Source of the DNA: an uncultured Alphaproteobacteria bacterium
GTDB lineage: Bacteria; Pseudomonadota; Alphaproteobacteria; Rhizobiales; Methyloligellaceae
NCBI GenBank assembly: GCA_963792045.1
Contig: CAWBUT010000018.1
Span: forward strand, 670-64,669
Length of the DNA: 64,000 nucleotides
Reading direction: 5' to 3'
Positions 60,701 through 64,000 of the stretch are shown here, in pieces. Each line of letters opens with the position of its first letter. Positions within the stretch are counted from its first letter, which is position 1. The notes under the pieces were generated by a model. That model was given only the letters and a program-made list of their open reading frames with translations. It searched no databases and was not told the origin of the DNA. Both the position numbers and the translations under genes were made by a program.

Positions 60701-61889
60701 CGATGTCGACTGGTGCTTCGTGACCGTCACAGCCAACCAATGCAGCGTAGTGAGGGCGCTCGAAAAGTTTCCGTTAGACAACGAGTTGCTCCTCGCAATC
60801 GTCACACAGACGGCGGAAGGCGCTAGGCAGGCCTTCGACGCGCTGTCGGGAGAGATCCATGCGACCTCTCGGGCGTGCTCGCCGACGATAGCCGCTTTGT
60901 GCGCGAGGCTGTGCTCGGGCGGCTGATACAGGCAACTTACACAAACAAGGCAAACCAGGTCGCCTCGCTCGGCACGAGCTGGTCCGCAAGTGGCCTCGCT
61001 CGAACTCACAAGCCATGACGCTGGCTACGACGACAAGTCCTCTACGCCTCCACCTCCTGCTTCCGGCCTCGCCTTCTGGACGCGGAGCTTCGGCGCCTGG
61101 GGCGATTTCGACGGCAATCTGAACGCGGCCTCGGCCTCCCGCAATCTCGGCGGCTTCGTCTCCGGCATGGATGCGAATATCGGTGGCACGTGGCGGATTG
61201 GGCTTGGCGCCGGCTATTCGCAATCCGACATCAGCGTCGATGCTCGCCGCAGTGGCGCCGACGTGAACAGCTTCCATCTCGCCGGCTATGCTGGCGGCAT
61301 GGCCCGGTCGTTTGCGTTTCGCGGCGGCGGAGCCTGGACCTGGAATGAAATCGATACGTCGCGCGCGGTGATCTTCCCCGGCTTTTTCGAGCGCGAGAAG
61401 GCGAGCTACGACGCCGACACCGGCCAGCTGTTCGGCGAAGCGGCGTATCCCATCGTCAGCGGCCGTGGCGCGTTAGAGCCTTTCGCTGGGCTCGCTTTTG
61501 TCAGCATCAATACCGATAGCTTCAAGGAGAACGGCGCGCTTGCTGGGCTGCGCGGCCGCAGTACCGACCAGGATGTGGGCTATTCGACCCTTGGCCTCCG
61601 CGCTGCATCTACGTTCAGCTGGAACAGCGCCGTCGTCGTTCCACATGTCTCCGCAGCCTGGCAACATGCCTTCGACGACATCACGCCCGACGCGGCGCTG
61701 CTCTTTGCCTCGACCGGCATCGGCTTTACCGTCACCGGCGTGCCGCTCGCCGAAGACACCACGCTGATCGAGGCGGGTCTTGACCTCAGCCTCTCGCCTA
61801 CCGCAACGCTCGGCGCCTCCTATTCGGGCCAGTTCGGCGACGGAGTTGATGACAACGCGGTCAAAGGCCGCTTCACCTGGGTGTTCTAA
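57735..61889 (+). CDS. Autotransporter (type Va) with passenger-associated transport repeats; multiple frameshifts
   Basis: Signal peptide ending FAHA, LNWDANG..GGTGAWD start, repeated G.G.L.K.G.G.L.L.G.N.Y.G.T...G.L units, AFDALSGEIHA linker, beta-barrel ending KGRFTWVF. Confidence 0.88.
59089..60180 (+). repeat. Intragenic A-B-B-A-B tandem duplication in the autotransporter passenger
   Basis: Module A (~270 bp) at 59089 and 59762; module B (~200 bp) at 59359, 59564 and 60032; near-identical DNA. Confidence 0.85.
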
Positions 61890-61965
61890 CGTCCGCTTTG
61901 GGTCAAGAGCGGGGACGTGTGATCGGACCCTCGTGAAAGTCCGCTATGGCAGGGTAAGCGGACAT
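61889..61965. repeat. Paired palindromic putative recombination sites (11-6-11, then 11-7-11)
   Basis: ACGTCCGCTTT-GGGTCA-AGAGCGGGGACGT (61889-61918, touching the autotransporter stop) and AAGTCCGCTAT-GGCAGGG-TAAGCGGACAT (61937-61965). Confidence 0.75.
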
Positions 61966-62123
61966 GGGCTGGTGATCAGAGTCTGCAAACGGATTTGCAA
62001 ACGAACCACACAACACCGCACGGTACCGAGCATCAAAGGATAGGATGGTCGTAGGGGAAATGTCGAACCAGAGCACACGCTTAGCTACTGCGCGGCACGC
62101 GCCAACATGGGAAAATCTTAGAA

Positions 62124-62327
62124 CTCGAAAGCCGTTGTGCGGTTATCCGCACCGTGGGTTTCAAATCCCACCCTCTCCGCAATTCCTTTGCCGTTGGCTG
62201 TTCTAGGTAGCGGCGCAATGCAAACGCGCTGCAAACGTTTCACAACGGCTCTGAACGCTATTCAGAGTCCGCTTTGAGCCTGTAAGCGGACATGGCCATA
62301 GGCAAGTCTCAGGTCCGTTAGGTGCCA
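62124..62327 (+). repeat. Direct repeat copy 2 (degenerate tRNA-Ser 3' fragment + island left end), att junction
   Basis: CTCGAAAGCCGTTGTGCGGTTATCCGCACCGTGGGTTTCAAATCCCACCCTCTCCGCAATTCC... matches 57157-57359. Confidence 0.92.
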
Positions 62328-62338
62328 CTAGCGGACTG
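62265..62338. repeat. Paired palindromic putative recombination sites (11-7-11, then 11-6-11)
   Basis: GAGTCCGCTTT-GAGCCTG-TAAGCGGACAT (62265-62293) and AGGTCCGTTAG-GTGCCA-CTAGCGGACTG (62311-62338). Confidence 0.75.
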
Positions 62339-62375
62339 TCAGCTGATACCGAGTGGCTCTACCCCATCGCAGGTT

Positions 62376-63137
62376 TCATATCAAACCAGCCACTGTCGCA
62401 ACCAGCCGATAGCCGCGCAGCGTACGTGCGTTCGTCTTCCCGGGGCGCCGCTTTTGACGCTTCCTCAAGCACGTCTGCCAGTGCTGCCAGGTAAGTAGGC
62501 CGATGGCTTTCAAGTTTTGCAAACCGTCCGGGCGGTGTGCGTGGAGTTTTGCTCGCGGGACCGAAAGGTCGGAATACTTGGATATCCTGTTCACGCCTTC
62601 GGGCGAAGTTCTTTCAGCGGAAATCAATAGGCTGAAAAAAAATTGGCGTACGCCAGCATGGTAGCTGCCTACATCGAGATTGCGCAGTACTTGGTCATGC
62701 TCGGGCCTCGTGGTTGTCCCAAACGAAATGTCGCTTCGATATTTTGCCTCGATAAACCATATCCAAGTGGAAGCCTCGATGACGACGTCAATTTCGGAAG
62801 CACCCTCGTCACCACCAGCGAGCAATCCGACTGGCGGTGGGATGCTTTGCCACAGCCTGACCACTGCACTCAAGGTCAGAGGGGCAAGCACACGCTGGGA
62901 ATGCTCGTTGCCATAAACCAGGCAACCATGCATGCGGTGCTATTTGTCGCAGCGAGCGAAAAACGTTCCAGGTAACTGCATCTTCGCTGTTCGCGCTCTC
63001 AGAATGTTGGATCTTGCTGCCTGTATGTCAGCAAACACGGGATCGTGCCGATCGATAATCAAGTTATCTCTGAAGTCGTCTGCGATTAAGACACCACTTG
63101 GCGATAAATAGCCTTCGGCCTTCTGCATAGGGTTCAT
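62376..63137 (-). CDS. Putative PD-(D/E)xK nuclease-fold protein (frameshifted)
   Basis: EGASEIDVVIE...WFIEAKYRSDIS...DQVLRN motif. The N-terminal part is in ORF 62940-63137; the 3' end is uncertain. Confidence 0.6.
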
Positions 63138-63232
63138 CCTATTAGACAGAGCGCTAAGATACGACGTCGAACTCGATGGCTGAAAAGGGATTGATGGAAA
63201 CTACCGGCTTGGTGTTGGCCCCGCCAATATCA

Positions 63233-63269
63233 AAGTCTGCTCTGGGTCAGTAGCTGTGGGGAGCAGACT
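63233..63269. repeat. Site of the same family between cargo genes
   Basis: AAGTCTGCTCT-GGGTCA-GTAGCTGTGGG; also an AGTCTGCTC...GAGCAGACT inverted repeat; same 6-bp spacer as at 61900. Confidence 0.6.
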
Positions 63270-63289
63270 AAGTAACAGCGGCGGATTAT

Positions 63290-63614
63290 TTACTGCGCCT
63301 TGCCGGGGCTTGCCTTGGGTGGCTGAAACTTTGGCGGCTGCTGGGTGGGTGGCGAGTGATTGGCTGGGCCGCTGGTGCGGTTGAGGCATTGCCCAAGGAC
63401 GTAGTCGCATGCGCTAAAGCAATCGGAGACGTCTTCTTGCGTCTTGTTGAACTTTGGGTCCGGGCAGCCATGCGTGCATTGTGAGTCGGATTTGTAAGCA
63501 GCCCTGCGGAGTTTCTCCACCCGACCCGGCCTTAGAGTCTGCGACCGCAGGGCCAACCCGTGCCTAGACCGAGACCGCCAGTCCAATGCCAACCACGATG
63601 TCTCGTTTCTGCAT
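63290..63614 (-). CDS. Small Cys-rich, probably secreted protein with Pro-rich tail (frameshifted)
   Basis: MQKRDIVVGIGLAVSV signal-like start; CTHGC...CFSACDYVLGQC; tail PPKASPGKAQ. Confidence 0.55.
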
Positions 63615-63688
63615 GTCATCTTCCCTGACTTCACCAAGCGCCCGCCTGCCTGCCTCTCGCGCGTACGCTTGGCCAGAGTAAAACTAAG

Positions 63689-64000
63689 CTACTGTGCCTT
63701 TTGATTTTGTACGGGCGCCTGGCTCGGTTTGGTGCTGGCAGGGGGAGGAGCTTCATGTATGCCATAAGTCGTTGCCTTCGAGGGCGACTTGGAGATGTTT
63801 ACGCCGGAAATCCCACCAACTACCTTGCTCATGCAGTCATTTTGTGGCCCGTCCTGGCAACTGCAGCGAATCGTGATCCCCCGGCATACAGTCCCTCCAT
63901 ACTTACAGCCGCAGCCGATGCACTTATTCTTGCTGGATAGAATTAGAGTTAGATACCGCGAATCCCGGAGTATTGCCGCACGCGATGAATGTGACGGCAA
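63689..64000 (-). CDS. Small Cys-rich protein with Pro-rich tail (5' end outside the window)
   Basis: CIGCGC...C...CSC...C cluster; tail APVQNQKAQ. Confidence 0.5.
   Translation of the reverse strand: MPSHSSRAAILRDSRYLTLILSSKNKCIGCGCKYGGTVCRGITIRCSCQDGPQNDCMSKVVGGISGVNISKSPSKATTYGIHEAPPPASTKPSQAPVQNQKAQ

Larger units (their letters stand above)
62124..64000. mobile_element. tRNA-Ser island unit 2 (continues beyond the window)
   Basis: Starts with the same left-end repeat; markedly AT-richer cargo genes. Confidence 0.7.

Noticed and set aside
62124-62182. Second functional tRNA-Ser gene
   Set aside because: The 5' half (acceptor 5' strand, D arm) is absent, and the T-loop and CCA end are altered. 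It is an att-derived fragment.

Overview
High-GC alphaproteobacterial chromosome segment. It is probably Hyphomicrobiales and possibly Methyloceanibacter-like (inference from gene order and protein style). Positions 1-57 kb are mostly conserved core genes: mch, sodC, sdhCDA/sdhB, mntH, zapE-mdh-sucCD-sucAB-lpdA, a TetR-HlyD-ABC exporter, xerC/priA, atpHAGDC, rppH-yibQ-ctpA-envC-rlmH-rsfS-nadD-proAB-obgE-rpmA-rplU. Small insertions include a CHASE3 kinase plus single-domain regulator between sdhA and sdhB, a cluster of small secreted proteins (two with EcfG-type promoters), and a SnoaL-like gene. Many genes, including essential ones, carry single-base frameshifts that look like sequencing errors, so gene spans are reconstructed. 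The most notable region starts at tRNA-Ser(CGA) (57125-57214). At least two islands are integrated there in tandem: a ~203-bp direct repeat begins exactly at the anticodon loop, with a 4967-bp period, and no integrase is visible in the window. The cargo (an autotransporter, a PD-(D/E)xK-like nuclease, small Cys-rich proteins) is delimited by palindromic 11-6-11 and 11-7-11 GTCCGC..GCGGAC sites shaped like tyrosine-recombinase core sites. The long repeat breaks exactly at the edge of a 6-bp spacer. This suggests an integron-analogous, tRNA-anchored gene-cassette system.
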